Source of the DNA: Eledone cirrhosa
Lineage: Eukaryota
Length of the DNA stretch: 64,000 nucleotides
NCBI GenBank assembly: GCA_964016885.1
Contig: OZ024740.1
Coordinates: forward strand, 324,074,001-324,138,000
Direction: 5' to 3'
A program made the translations under genes and the position numbers. Position 1 is the first letter of the stretch, and every line of letters begins with the position of its first letter. Positions 12,723 through 30,000 of this stretch are shown here, one piece after another. The notes beneath the pieces are model-generated. The model was not told where the DNA came from and did no database searches. It was given only the letters and a program-made list of their open reading frames with translations.

Positions 12723-12967
12723 CACATACACATATGGACACATCTATATACACACACACAAACACACACATATATATATATGTCTGAATGGATATGTAGA
12801 ATGGATGATTAGTAGAACGGTTAAGTTATGTTGGGTGGTGATGGCGGTAATGTTTAGTGGGTCTGAATATGGCAGAGGAGCAAATTGCACTCCTCTGCAC
12901 ATATGCAACTGGAAATGCACAAGAGGCATATTAACGATGATAATTGGCGTTTTATATGCGCACAGAC

Positions 12968-13012
<45 letters not shown>

Positions 13013-13113
13013 CATACACACAGCTACATATATAATATATGTAAACCACAAACATGAATGCTAGAACCTTAAAATTCAAATAACTTTGTACAAATGTATA
13101 TATATATATATAG

Positions 13114-13154
<41 letters not shown>

Positions 13155-13512
13155 CGTATATATATATGTGTGTGTGTTTGTGCACGTATATATCTGTGTA
13201 TGTATCTATATTTGTGTATATATATATATTTATTTGTGTGTGTCTGTGTGCATGTGTTTATATATACATGATGACATATGCATGCATATACACCACATTT
13301 ATAGGCATAAATGCGAACACACATTTCTTCTATCCACCGATATTCACACACAGAAATACATGTAGGTATATGGGAACGTGTGTAGAGGCACACGCTCGGA
13401 TAATGGCACGAGTGTGCGTGTATGTATGTAGTTTATAGTACGTGTCTATGAGCTTAATAAATAGCAAGGTGATAGAAAGAACAGCTGTCATAGTAAGAGC
13501 ATGTCATAGAGA

Positions 13513-13543
<31 letters not shown>

Positions 13544-13882
13544 GCGGGGGGGGGGGGAGATTGGGGTTATAATATGAAATGTGGCGTCTTCATTCAGCTG
13601 AAATAGTTAACTCTTATTAGATATCATTTTAACAAGCCCCCCCCCCCCACCACCACCATCCTCATATTACCTACCGACCGCCAACCTCCACCTACATGAG
13701 TCAACTGGTTTATTAATCGGATGTGTGTGTATATGTGTGCGCATGTGTGTGTGTAGTAGATACATGTATGCTGGCTGGTGTGTGTGTCGTATAGTTTGTG
13801 TGTATGTGTGTCTGTGTTGCCTTGTTATACGTGCGTAGATTCAGAGAGAGTGATCGTATATATATATATATATATATATATA

Positions 13883-14070
13883 ACGAAGGAAGTGTGGTAA
13901 GCAACCGGATGGACCATAACGCACCATAGTACTCAATATTTAGGGTAGTAGAGTGGGTAATAGGAGAATGTTTAACCCCGACGGCAGAGCTCAAGCCGTT
14001 TCGAAGGCTATTTCTGGACAGAAATCGCCGTCGAAACGATTTGAGCTCTGCCGTCGAGGTTAAACATTCT

Positions 14071-14074
<4 letters not shown>
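13883..14074 (-). mobile_element. Palindromic element, family P copy
   Basis: Hairpin 13961-14074 with the tail in reverse orientation; (TA)n on both sides. Confidence 0.85.
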
Positions 14075-14103
<29 letters not shown>

Positions 14104-14257
14104 TATGTGATATATGTACGCATATAGGTGTTTCGGTACCGGTTTGCAAATGATGAGGTCGTCTTATCCACCAGAAAGACATTTGGGCATATTTATTTAT
14201 TTTGCTCATTTTACAATTTATCTTATCTAAGCTGGATTGGATAATGAATATATCAGA

Positions 14258-14296
<39 letters not shown>

Positions 14297-14574
14297 AATA
14301 TACACACACACATAAATAGATTCTGGGATATGGTACCCGAGACAGGTCTATCATATAGGGAATATAACAATCTTCCATGCAATTGTGCGTTGCCTGAGTG
14401 TTCCTTCATATATAAGCGCCACACACGTATAAGCAAGCATATACCATGACATACACCTATAACGGTACACACACACATGCAATGAAATACACATGTATGC
14501 AGGTACACACATATAGAAAGATGTAAACATATATATGAGTAGATACAGACATACCATGACATACACATATAATT

Positions 14575-14740
14575 GTTTCTACCACAAATACCCAGTGCAT
14601 TACTGGTACTTTATTTTATCGACCCCGTAAGGATGAAAGGCAAAGTCAACCTCGGCGGGATTTGAACTCAGATCGTAAAGGGACGTAACTATGCTGGAAA
14701 GCATGGCGTCCGACCCTCTACTGATACTGCCAATCCACTA
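14575..14740 (-). mobile_element. SINE family A copy
   Basis: CTGGTACTTTATTTTATCGACCCCGTAAGGATGAAAGGCAAAG..GATTTGAACTC. Confidence 0.85.
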
Positions 14741-14791
14741 CAGATATAATGGTACAAAAACACACATGCAATGATGTACACACACAGAAGA

Positions 14792-15122
14792 TCCCCGTCG
14801 GTCACGAATGACCATGTGATTTGCACTTAGAAAGTTTTCCTCTGAGGCACAAGTCCGTGCAAGGTTGTTTGAGGCAGACCACCAGTCTCCCATGCCTACC
14901 AGCCTCCCCTCTCCACGCCAGCGATGATGTCCAAGGGAAAGGCTATGGCCGATACAGCTTGGGACCAGTGACGTCGCAACTCATTTCTACAGCTGAGTAA
15001 ACTGAAGCAACGTGAAATAAAATGTCTTGCTCAAGGATACAACACATCACCCGGTCCGAGAATTGAACTCACAACCTTTCAATTGCAAGCCCAATGCTCT
15101 AACCACTAAGCCATGCGCATTC
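14792..15122 (-). mobile_element. Near full-length CORE-type SINE, family B
   Basis: Reverse tRNA head (CTAACCACTAAGCCATGCGC), core GTGAAATAAAATGTCTTGCTCAAGGA, and a distinct 3' tail. Confidence 0.75.
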
Positions 15123-15566
15123 ATACACATGCCTTAGAAATCTGCTTCAATGATACGCAATGAAGTTAAACCTCCCCAGTTTTATGTTAATTACAGATTG
15201 GTCACTGGCCACTAGAGGACATGTTATGTTGAGACAGATAGACAGACAGACAAATAGATAGATAGATAGAAGGTTGGATGGATGGGTGGACAGAGGGATA
15301 GATAGTTATCTTTCTTTATTTGCCACAGGGGTGTCACAAATGGGACATTACAAGACGTGACGACGGGGGCTTTACATAAAAGTCATATAACTAGATAGAT
15401 GGAAGGATGGAAGGATGGAAGGATGGATGGACAGATACATGATGTTTGAAAGAATAATAGACGTGTGTATGGAATCATTTACGATAAGTTTATGTATCAT
15501 AAACATACATATGAACGATTTAAGCTGTGCACATATCACAGCTATCTCAGTATTCTCATGAGAACG

Positions 15567-15606
15567 TCAGGACCCGTGTTTCAGGATGTTTATCCATCAT
15601 CAGTGA
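15567..15606 (-). ncRNA. Type-I hammerhead candidate with weak stem I
   Basis: Minus strand: TCA CTGATGA T GGAT aaac ATCC T GAAA C acgg G TC c TGA. Confidence 0.5.
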
Positions 15607-15693
15607 AGCTTATTCTCTCGGTATTACGACAAGAATAAGCTTCAGATTATTTACTTATATAGTTTCTGCGTTTAAAAGAAACGTTCTATCATC

Positions 15694-16531
15694 TATGCCT
15701 TCATATAACCTTTATATAGTCTTCCTCTGTTAGGGATGACGCTATAGTAATGCTATGGCTACTATCAGGAATTATATATGCCTTCATATAACCTTTATAT
15801 AGTCTTCCCCTGTTAGGGATGACGCTATAGTAATGCTATGGCTACTATCAGGAATTATATATGCCTTCATATAACCTTTATATAGTCTTCCCCTGTTAGG
15901 GATGACGCTATAGTAATGCTATGGCTACTATCAGGAATTATATATGCCTTCATATAACCTTTATATAGTCTTCCCCTGTTAGGGATGACGCTATAGTAAT
16001 GCTATGGCTACTATCTGGAATTATATATACCTTCATATAACCTTTATATAGTCTTCCCCTGTTAGGGATGACGCTATAGTAATGCTATGGCTACTATCTG
16101 GAATTATATATGCCTTCATATAACCTTTATATAGTCTTCCCCTGTTAGGGATGACGCTATAGTAATGCTATGGCTACTATCTGGAATTATATATACCTTC
16201 ATATAACCTTTATATAGTCTTCCCCTGTTAGGGATGACGCTATAGTAATGCTATGGCTACTATCTGGAATTATATATGCCTTCATATAACCTTTATATAG
16301 TCTTCCCCTGTTAGGGATGACGCTATAGTAATGCTATGGCTACTATCTGGAATTATATATACCTTCATATAACCTTTATATAGTCTTCCCCTGTTAGGGA
16401 TGACGCTATAGTAATGCTATGGCTACTATCAGGAATTATATATACCTTCATATAACCTTTATATAGTCTTCCCCTGTTAGGGATGACGCTATAGTAATGC
16501 TATGGCTACTATCAGGAATTATATATACCTT
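15694..16531. repeat. 83-bp tandem repeat, about 10 near-identical copies
   Basis: Unit CCTTCATATAACCTTTATATAGTCTTCCCCTGTTAGGGATGACGCTATAGTAATGCTATGGCTACTATCWGGAATTATATATR; period read from 15781 to 15864. Confidence 0.95.
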
Positions 16532-16656
16532 CTGGGATATAAAACCTGAGAAATCTGACGTACAAGGAATATAATCGTTTGTTGTACACCTGAGGATACA
16601 CTAAGTATTGGCTTCATTACAGTTGTGGGTGTCAGTGTGTGTGTTTGGGTACGAAC

Positions 16657-20333
<3,677 letters not shown>

Positions 20334-20909
20334 TGTTATACTTTAAATTTAACCTCGGCGCGATTTGAACTCAGATCATAAAGAGCCGTAACTCTATGCC
20401 GCAAAGCATGGTGTCTGACGGTCTACCGATACTGCCAATCCACCGCCGTAAAACTACCAATATAATCCAACCCACAAACTGTTCAGTTCACTTGATCGAA
20501 TCGAACAAGTAGAATACCCAACAATAATCATCGTCTTAACCGACGGATGATCAATTTCCAGGCAATGCCAATAATCTCCCAGAACACAGCTGTCTCCAAG
20601 CAACAACCCACACGGAATAGATTAACCAATTCCTATTTATACTATTCTACAGATTGCAGCTCCTTCTTTCCGACGCCTGCTCCAGCTAATATAGTCCAAT
20701 ATTTGAAACAAAGCATGCACAAATTCTTCCCTTTCTTCATGGCTGCACAACTTAATTAAAGGGTCACTGGATAATAGGATCAACGTTTTCTCTGATAACG
20801 ATAAGCAAATTGATACTGGATTTGTTGGGGTGGGGTCGGGCTGGAGGGGTAACTGTGAAAAACAGATGGGATTATAATCCAGACCATCTACATAAACAAG
20901 TCCGTTCCT

Positions 20910-20969
<60 letters not shown>

Positions 20970-21031
20970 AAAAAAACATCTGGCATGAAGCCATGGTCGA
21001 GTACAAGTAGTGACTATAGATATATATTGGG

Positions 21032-21091
21032 TCGTCAAGTATGACAATTGTAGAAAAAAAAACAAATTTCTACAGATTTCATACTTGACGA
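21032..21091. mobile_element. Tiny MITE-like inverted-repeat element (also at 50989-51053 and 51079-51148)
   Basis: TIR consensus TCGTCAAGTATGAAATTTGTAG / CTACAAATTTCATACTTGACGA in three copies. Confidence 0.65.
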
Positions 21092-21092
21092 T

Positions 21093-21267
<175 letters not shown>

Positions 21268-21669
21268 CCCTAGTCGAGATCCGTAGATGAAAGATCAAGA
21301 GTAACAGTGCTCGATCTGTTGGAAGAAAACTTATTGATTATAAACAAAGTTTTATACACTTAACATGTATGTGCTACCATTGGTTTCGAGATCCAGTCAT
21401 GGGCCCCACTGTATAATACAGGAACCACTTTCAAACCGGCCCCTCATTCAGGCACGTGGACAAAAATATTGAAGCACCACGAGTTTGATTATTTTTATAA
21501 AGTATTTTTTTTTTTTTTTAGTTTTCAATATTTTCCGCTCAGTTCTTTGTTTTTTTGATTTCATACAATGACGTCCATATGCCAAGGGCGGTGCCACATT
21601 ATGGCCTCAGCCAGAGGGCTGGAACAAGTCAAAGAGTATGTCTATTAACTTTTCTAGACCTCGTTATCA

Positions 21670-22056
21670 GAATAATTGTTTCCACTTTTGGCACAATGCC
21701 AGCAATTACCCCAGTGCATAACTGGTGCCTTTATTTTATCGACCTCGTAAGGATGAAAGGCAAAGTTAACCTTAGAGGGATTTGAACTCAGAACGTAAAG
21801 GGTCATAACTCTATGCTACAAAACATGATGTCTAGCACTCTACTGATACTGCCAATTTTCAGAATAATGGCTCGTTATATAGGCACAATGCCAGCACTTT
21901 TGAGGGAGGAGAAAGTCGATTAAATCGACCCCAGTGCGTGACTGGTACTTTATTTCATCGACCCCGTAAAGATGAAAGGCAAAGTTAACCTCGGCGGGAT
22001 TTGAACTCAGATCATAACTCTATGCTGCTAAGCATGGCGTCTGACCCTCTACCGAT
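21670..22056 (-). mobile_element. Two tandem SINE family A copies
   Basis: Reverse core and head present twice. Confidence 0.8.
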
Positions 22057-22529
22057 ACACCCAAGAATAATGATGGTAATAAAGAAGGGTGTAATTTACA
22101 CCGGCACATTGCCTTTAAACGCGAAGATACAAACACTGGTAAAATTGGTTAAGTCCTTGCAGATTTTAAAGTTAGAGGTCTTAATGCTAATTGTAGAGTC
22201 ATATATAAAACGGGCTACTCAGATATCTATGCGATCATAAACGAACAACAACAAACCAAGGTCACTTAGACACACACGTTTCTAATATATTTGTTTAACT
22301 CAGGTAGCTATTTGGGAGTGTACTGAAATCTCGTCAGGTTGCCTGCTTAATGGAGATGTTTATAAATTACCTTTTAGTAAATAGATGGAATTCTGGTAAC
22401 TTTACTTAAGCTGAGACATAAATATAAATTAGTGTTTTGGTTATATTCCAGACAATGTTATTAAAGAAAATGAGTATCACTCTACAAAGATAAGCCATGC
22501 CTGTATATCTTTCTCTCTCTCCCTCAAAC

Positions 22530-22590
<61 letters not shown>

Positions 22591-22713
22591 CCGTATGAAT
22601 ACCTGTATAGATATGCGTATGACTAAATATATGTATGTGTGTTTGTCTGTATGTATGTACTCAGCTTGGTATCAATGGAGAGATTAAACGACGAAACAAC
22701 AAGCATAAGTGTG

Positions 22714-22788
<75 letters not shown>

Positions 22789-23302
22789 TTGTACGTATGC
22801 GAATGTAATTCTGTGTGTATGTATTTGTACAAAGAGATTCCATAACAATTCAACCCACTTAAACAGAAAGAGAAAAATAACATGCTGCTATATAAGAAAG
22901 AACACTTTATTTAAGTTTATGAACCACGAGGAATACCTCTGACTATACAACCACACAGAATATTTCTATTCTTTTACTCTAGCTTTCGTCGTTCATAACG
23001 ACCCCAGTACTTGTTTGAATCGGGTACATATATTTTTTTCTTTTTTGCTGGTTTCGGTCAATTGACTGCGGCCAGGCTTTGGCTGAGCCTGGAAGGGATT
23101 TAATTGATCATTAGTGATTCTATCGATCCTAGAGCCTATTTTTTTTTTACGACTTGTATTTATTTTCTCTTTCATTTGTCGAAACGCTAAGGTACAACAC
23201 ACAAGCAGCAAACGTAAACACAGAGATGAACAAACACAAGTAGGTTATGAGGATATTTATATATATATATACGAGAGGCTGCAGACATATATAGCTTATG
23301 GA

Positions 23303-23395
<93 letters not shown>

Positions 23396-23398
<3 letters not shown>

Positions 23399-23573
23399 GG
23401 GTGTGCAAACAATTCCTGGCTTAGGGTGAAAGAAAACTCAGGAGGATCAGTTTATTATGATTTTATTCAACATATTCCCCTCTCAGATTCATATACTCAT
23501 TGCAGTGGCTTTACTCTCTTGTAAAGCTATCAGCGCTACCCTTAAAGCCAGGAACGTTTCAGCACAACCTCGT
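23396..23573. mobile_element. Mariner-like MITE
   Basis: Imperfect TIRs AGGGTGTGC..TTCCTGGCTT.AGGGT / ACCCTTAAAGCCAGGAA..CAGCACAACCT, between TA tracts. Confidence 0.6.
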
Positions 23574-23577
23574 GTCG

Positions 23578-23615
<38 letters not shown>

Positions 23616-23687
23616 TACATATATATACGTAAACACAAGGACGAGCACATGCACGTCATTATGAAGATGTATGTTGTGTGTGTGTCA

Positions 23688-23726
<39 letters not shown>

Positions 23727-24029
23727 CATATGGCGATGTGGCTTTCCTTTCAACAAGACGTGTACGTGCGTATATGTGTGTGTATATATATATACTTACA
23801 TATGTAGAGATTTGTGAGTATATAGTTGAATTTACAACATTAGAATTACATTAAACCGCTCCCATCTAATCCGTATGTAAAGCCTGCCTTAGACGAAACT
23901 AAACATTTCACTATAGATTTATAATTTACTTCGACATCACGTTCTTGGAGTGGTGCCTTTTCTTTCATTTAACATGCTGCTCACTGTGTGCCTGTACGTA
24001 CGAATGTGTTTATATATATACACATTTGT

Positions 24030-24061
<32 letters not shown>

Positions 24062-24108
24062 TACGCATACATATACATACATGCATATACATATATAAAT
24101 ACACACAC

Positions 24109-24158
<50 letters not shown>

Positions 24159-24174
24159 GTTTTAATATAGATGA

Positions 24175-24223
24175 GATTCTACAGGACTAGAACTGTTTCA
24201 TTCTTTAGAAATCATCAGGAATC
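24175..24223 (-). ncRNA. Type-I hammerhead ribozyme candidate with complete core
   Basis: Minus strand: GATTC CTGATGA T TTCT aa AGAA T GAAA CAG ttctagtc CTG TA GAATC. GUA site. Relatives at about 32937-32977 (-) and 49588-49615 (+). Confidence 0.8.
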
Positions 24224-24238
24224 AGAATATATATATAT

Positions 24239-24836
24239 GGTGGCTGCCAACTCGTTTTCGAGTACGGCCACTACTCCATGTAGGAGAACCCCTACCGATG
24301 CGCTGAACGAGTGTGACTTTTTAGTCCAGCCAGCGACTTGAAAACTCTGATACAAACACTACACTTGTGACAATTATTGACACATAGTGCTGGGCCCATG
24401 GTATCATGTGACGACAAGTGCAGAGATCTCCAGATATAAAGCAATGCCTGTGCCATGAAGCTTTTATAGTGAGCAAAGGCACTGCACAAAGCCAGTCCCA
24501 CTCTCTTAACCAAGATGATATTTACCAAAAAGAAGAACAAGTCAACATCATTGGATACAATCAGGGTTGCAGGTGTTATATCAGAGTTTTCCTTCTCCTA
24601 GAATTCTGCCTTGACAAAGGCTAAGGGGTCATCTCTCCCGGTGATTTTGGATGGCCATTGACTCTTAAGAGCTCCTTTGCCCTTTGACAGGTTTTGTTTT
24701 TAGTCCTGCAGGATGTCCAAAGTCACCCTCCTCACCAAGAAACCTTGGTCGGGTTGCCAGTTTAGTCGCCAACGACCCGACCATGAGACAGGTTGTACTG
24801 GGATACATGTTACCAGTAGCACCAACTGGTGACCTG
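24239..24836 (-). mobile_element. ~600-bp non-autonomous RTE-derived retroelement (5'UTR-like part plus ORF2 C-terminal zinc-finger remnant)
   Basis: Minus strand has the TCTAGGAGAAGGAAAACTCTGA motif typical of RTE-like 5'UTRs and ends in CSVCIRVFKSLAGLKSHTRSAHR* (C2H2-like). Short 3'UTR runs into (AT)n. Confidence 0.7.
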
Positions 24837-25315
24837 ATATATATATATACACACACACATGTGCATATTGATATATACCTATACATATGTATATATATAC
24901 ATTCACTTACGTATGTGTGCGTATATTTTGGTTGCATCTCGGTTTCGAGAACTGCAATTCCTTGACCTTTTTTTCTCCTACATGAGTGACACGAATATAT
25001 ATATATATATCTATATATTTCCTTCCAAGGACATAGATACCTTTCTGCATATGCTGCAGCGAAAGATAAAAGGAAAGGCTCGTGCAACACACGTGGAAGT
25101 CGTTTAGATCAAGTGATGCCTGTGCTTGAAGAAACGAACTGCATTGGACCAAACCCACTCTCTGAACAATGGTGACAGGTTTCCCAAAAGAATAGGTTAA
25201 CACCATTGGCAGCCATCGAATCGCAGGTTTTACATCAGAACTTCTTTCTCCTAGAATGAGGTCCTAACAAGAGCTAGGGGTATCTCACTCTCGCGCGATC
25301 GTGCTCGAAACCGAT

Positions 25316-25365
<50 letters not shown>

Positions 25366-25837
25366 TCAGCTAAGTATTTGGTATTTTCTTGATGGGTACT
25401 TTCTTTCAATAACCTAATGTAATCATCGTAAACATAGCCCATCATCACCACTGTTATCATCATCATCATAAGCATTTGGTCCAGAAACTATATTTATGCA
25501 GACACGCAACTACACACAAACTCACACACATACAGCCACACAAAGTAGCATTAGTGAATAAAAATTGAGATACTTGTTTACATTGACTGATATTGAGAGC
25601 GTGTCTGTATGTGTGTGTGTGGAGGGGGGGGGGTAGATACACACACTCGTACAGACACATACGCACATATATGTAAGCATACATATGGGCGGACACATAC
25701 GATGACGTACACCTCAGAGATTTATGTTTCATCAACGATGCACAATTAAGTTAAACCTCTCCAGTTGTATGTTAATTACAAATTGATTACTGGCCACCAG
25801 AGAACATGTTATGTTGCAGTGTGTTTGCGGGGGAAGC

Positions 25838-25907
<70 letters not shown>

Positions 25908-26451
25908 AATAGAGTAAACATGTTTCATCATATATATTCTGAGCAGCAGAGTAAACATGTTTCATCATATATATTCTGAGCAGAAGACAGTGTATGTGCG
26001 TCTGTGTGTGTGGAAAGTAAATGAAATATTACTATGATTTCAGTTGTGTTGGAAAAATGCTAATAGAGTCTAACCACTAGTGATTTTGAGCATATATATA
26101 TATATATATTAAGACAGGGGGGAAGAAAAAAATGGCTTCACTTGTGCTTTCAACAAATTTATTTTCTTCACAAAATCCAAAAAGAATTTTTTTTTTCCCC
26201 CGGATTATAAAAAATGTTTTCTTAAAAATTTTTTTTTTATAAATGAAGTTGTTGGTTGTTGGTTAGGTCTTAGGAGTTGTTGGTTAACGTAGGAGGTATT
26301 GTTTCGTTTTTAGAAAGACCTTTCACGCTGAGGTGCGCTTGTCAAACTGATGTGTATGTGGTGTGTTGTTCTATATATAGGGATTTAACATGTCTGTGGT
26401 GTGGTGGTGGTTTTTTTCTCCCCCTTTAATAAGTGTAGGGGTGTAGGTGTG

Positions 26452-26663
26452 TTGAAAAAATGTTAATAGCAGTAATGAGTTGAGACAATGAGTAGGGTGC
26501 GGTTTGCCTATGACCATCTTCGAAACGAAGGAACACTAAAAGCTTTTTCGCCTGAATAAAGGAATTTTTCGAAAATGACCGGGGCAGGCCGCACTTGCTA
26601 CATTTCTCCCCACCCAACCCTACTCACTGTCTCAACTCATTACTGCTATTAACATTTTTTCAA
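26452..26663. mobile_element. MITE-like element with 47-bp inverted repeats
   Basis: TTGAAAAAATGTTAATAGCAGTAATGAGTTGAGACAATGAGTAGGGT and its reverse complement at 26617-26663. Confidence 0.7.
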
Positions 26664-26695
26664 ATAATGATTTCTTTATTAATAATAATGATTTC

Positions 26696-27246
26696 TATAT
26701 ATATCTAAAATAATAAACATGAAACAATCACAGGGAATAATTTGTAAACGTGTGTAAGCACACATAGCTATGTGTGCACCCTAGAAATAAATTTAATTTA
26801 ATTTTGAATATATATATATATATATATATACGGCCCCTTAATTATTGAGCTAACTCATTTGAAAGGACTCGACTGCTATTTCTAGTTGTCGATAACCCTA
26901 TTCACGCCACTGAGATGAAGCTGGTACGGTGTGTGTATTTTAGATAAGTGCAACACGTGCTACTAGCCATTCGCAGATTTGGATTTGCTGTGTAAACACA
27001 GATAGTTAAGTCTTCTTCCTTGTTGAAAATCCGGTTTTTTGGCTACTGTGGTTTACCGAAAGATTGATGGTGAAATATATTTCTTTAATGAAATATATAC
27101 AAGGAAGATTAATCCATTTATAAGGTATCTATTTTTAAAGTTTTAGTTAAACTTTAATTAGTTACCTACCTAGCTATGTGTGCTTACACACTTTTACAAA
27201 TTATTCCCTGTGATTGTTTGATATGTTTATTATTTTAGATATATAT
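26696..27246. mobile_element. MITE-like element with ~75-bp inverted repeats, ends in TA runs
   Basis: 26696-26770 is the reverse complement of 27171-27246 with few mismatches. Confidence 0.7.
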
Positions 27247-27506
27247 ATATATGTCAATCAATTTCTAGTTGATATATATATATATTATTGTTTTCCTTTC
27301 TGCTATACTGCGGCTACAACTTCGATTTATAGCCATTTATATATATACATACACAGTTTACAGAATTTATTTCAGCGGTTTCCGGCCATGACCCACCCAC
27401 TCAATGAGACAATAACCTTGCAGTTGTGAAACTGCATCTTAAAGTCGTGATTGCACATCTTATAGTTAGTGAGTACTATGGCAGTGTTTTGGTAAAGATA
27501 CCGAGG

Positions 27507-27582
<76 letters not shown>

Positions 27583-27974
27583 ATTGACGCGTTGTCTGTT
27601 CAGAGACCGGGAACAACACAAGTCAGGGTAGGGGCCGATAGGTATTAGGTGGAGAGTAGATATAGGGGTATGGATGTACTGTTAAATCATAACGGATCTA
27701 TCTGTGACTGAGCCACTTGATATTTACCGTGTGTGTATGTTAATGTACAGTACCATAATGATGTACAAAATTGCACACTTTGTGGGTGGCTTAAGAGAAG
27801 CACAGATACTTGTATTCACTTGTCATTTATTATTGTGTGTGAGCACACAAACATATATACACTCATGACGACTCATACAGAGACACATGCACGCAGACAC
27901 ACTGGAACATAAACAGACATATAAACACCATAATGATGCTATACATATGTTGCTTACTTGTATTCTCACAGCCA

Positions 27975-28825
27975 TGTATAGAGAAACACACAGACATACA
28001 TAGATAGATACACACACATACATACATAGACACACACACATACATAGATAGACACACACACAGACATAGACACACACACATACATAGATAGACACACACA
28101 CAGACATACATAGACACACACAAACATACATAGACACACACACGGACATACATAGACATACACACATACATACATAGACACACACACAGGCATACATAGA
28201 CATACACACATACATACATAGACACACACACAGGCATACATAGACACAGACACAGACATACATAGACACACACACAGACATACATAGAGAAACACACAGA
28301 CATACATAGACACACACACATACATACATAGACACACACACAGGCATACATAGACACACACACAGATATACATAGACACACACACAGACATACATAGACA
28401 CACACACACACAGACATACATAGATAGACACACACACAGACATACATAGACACACACAGATAGACACACACACAGACATACATAGACACACACACATACA
28501 TAGATAGACACACACACAGACATGCATAGACACACACACAGACATACATAGACACACACAGAGACATACATAGACACACACAGACATACATAGAGAAACA
28601 CACAGACATACATAGACACACACACAGACATACATAGAGAAACACACAGACACACACAGACATACATAGACACACACACAGGCATACATAGACACACACA
28701 CACAGACATACATAGACACACACACAGACATACATAGACACACACACATACATACATAGAGAAACACACAGACATACATAGACACACACACAGACATACA
28801 TAGACACACACACAGACATACATAT
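27975..28825. repeat. ~22-bp minisatellite (CATACATAGACACACACACAGA)n
   Basis: Direct reading. Confidence 0.9.
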
Positions 28826-29574
28826 AAACACGCTATATATAGATACCATACGTATGCTGCCTGCTTGTGTTCTCACATACATACACAATTGCAGTGAGAG
28901 AGAGAAACTCATACATACACAGAGGCAGACCGTACATTTATAACACACAAACACACATACACGCACATACACACGTACATAAATATATAGATGATATATA
29001 AGTGTATACGTGATAACAATCCAATTTCATCTTCGACAAATTTACAGTTTCACAGGGAATATAGGAATATAAGAATATAGGAAGGCAGGAATAATGTTCC
29101 GGTGAACTAACAGCAATGAAACATCTTCCCAATTCATGACGGGACCCAGGAGAGGATTAGACTTCATTCCAACAGTAATAGATTTACATATTCATATACG
29201 TACGTATGCGAGCCTGGGTTTGTTTGTGTGTGTGCGAGAGAGAGAGGGGGGGGGGGTAAGAGAGAGAATAGAGAATAGAGAGAGAGAAGAGAGAATAGAG
29301 AGAGAGAAGAGAGAGAAAAGAGAGAGAAGAGAGAGAAGAGAGACAGAGAGAGAGAGAGAGAGTAGAGAGAGAGAGAGAACGAGAGGAGAGAGAATTGGAG
29401 TAGAAAGTGAAGATGCGATAATATTAATTCTGTATATGTGCACGTAAATAGACGATGGTGATGATGATGGTGATGGTGATGATGGTGGTAATGATGATGG
29501 TGGTGATGGTGATGATGATGATGATGATGGTGGTGATGGTGATGATGATGATGATGATGGTGGTGATGGAGCTC

Positions 29575-30000
29575 CGTCGGTTCTGACGATGAATCCTCCA
29601 ATTGTTTCCAACAACGAAACGTTCAACTAATGAAATTTATATGCAAGTGTCTGAGCATTCCATAGTCATGCACCCAATGTAGTTCTCAGGGAGATTCAGC
29701 GTGGCACAGTGTGTTACACGGATGGTCCTTTTAATTTACAGGTACAGCTCCTTTTTGACAGGTCAGTGAACTGATGCAACGTTAAATACAGTGTTTTGAA
29801 TGGGGACATAATTGTGTCTACTATTTGGCACAAGGCCAGCAATTACCCAGTGTATTACTGGTACTTTATTTTATCGACCCTGTAAGGATGAAAGGCAAAG
29901 TTAACCTCGGCGGGATTTGAACTCAGAATGGCAAGGGCCGCAACTCTATGCGTCAAAGCATGGCGTCCAACCCTCTACCGATACTGCAAATCCACCGCGT
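29575..30000 (-). mobile_element. SINE family B tail fragment followed by a SINE family A copy
   Basis: 29575-29808 matches 9230-9380 and the reverse of 43380-43510; 29820-30000 is a near-complete family A copy. Confidence 0.75.

Noticed and set aside
15694-16531. CRISPR-like regular array
   Set aside because: The units are identical head to tail with no unique spacers, and the context is eukaryotic.
24755-24836. HDV-like ribozyme at the RTE-like 5' end (minus strand)
   Set aside because: P2- and P4-like pairings are visible, but I could not assign P1, P3 or P1.1 in the right order. A descriptor search is needed.
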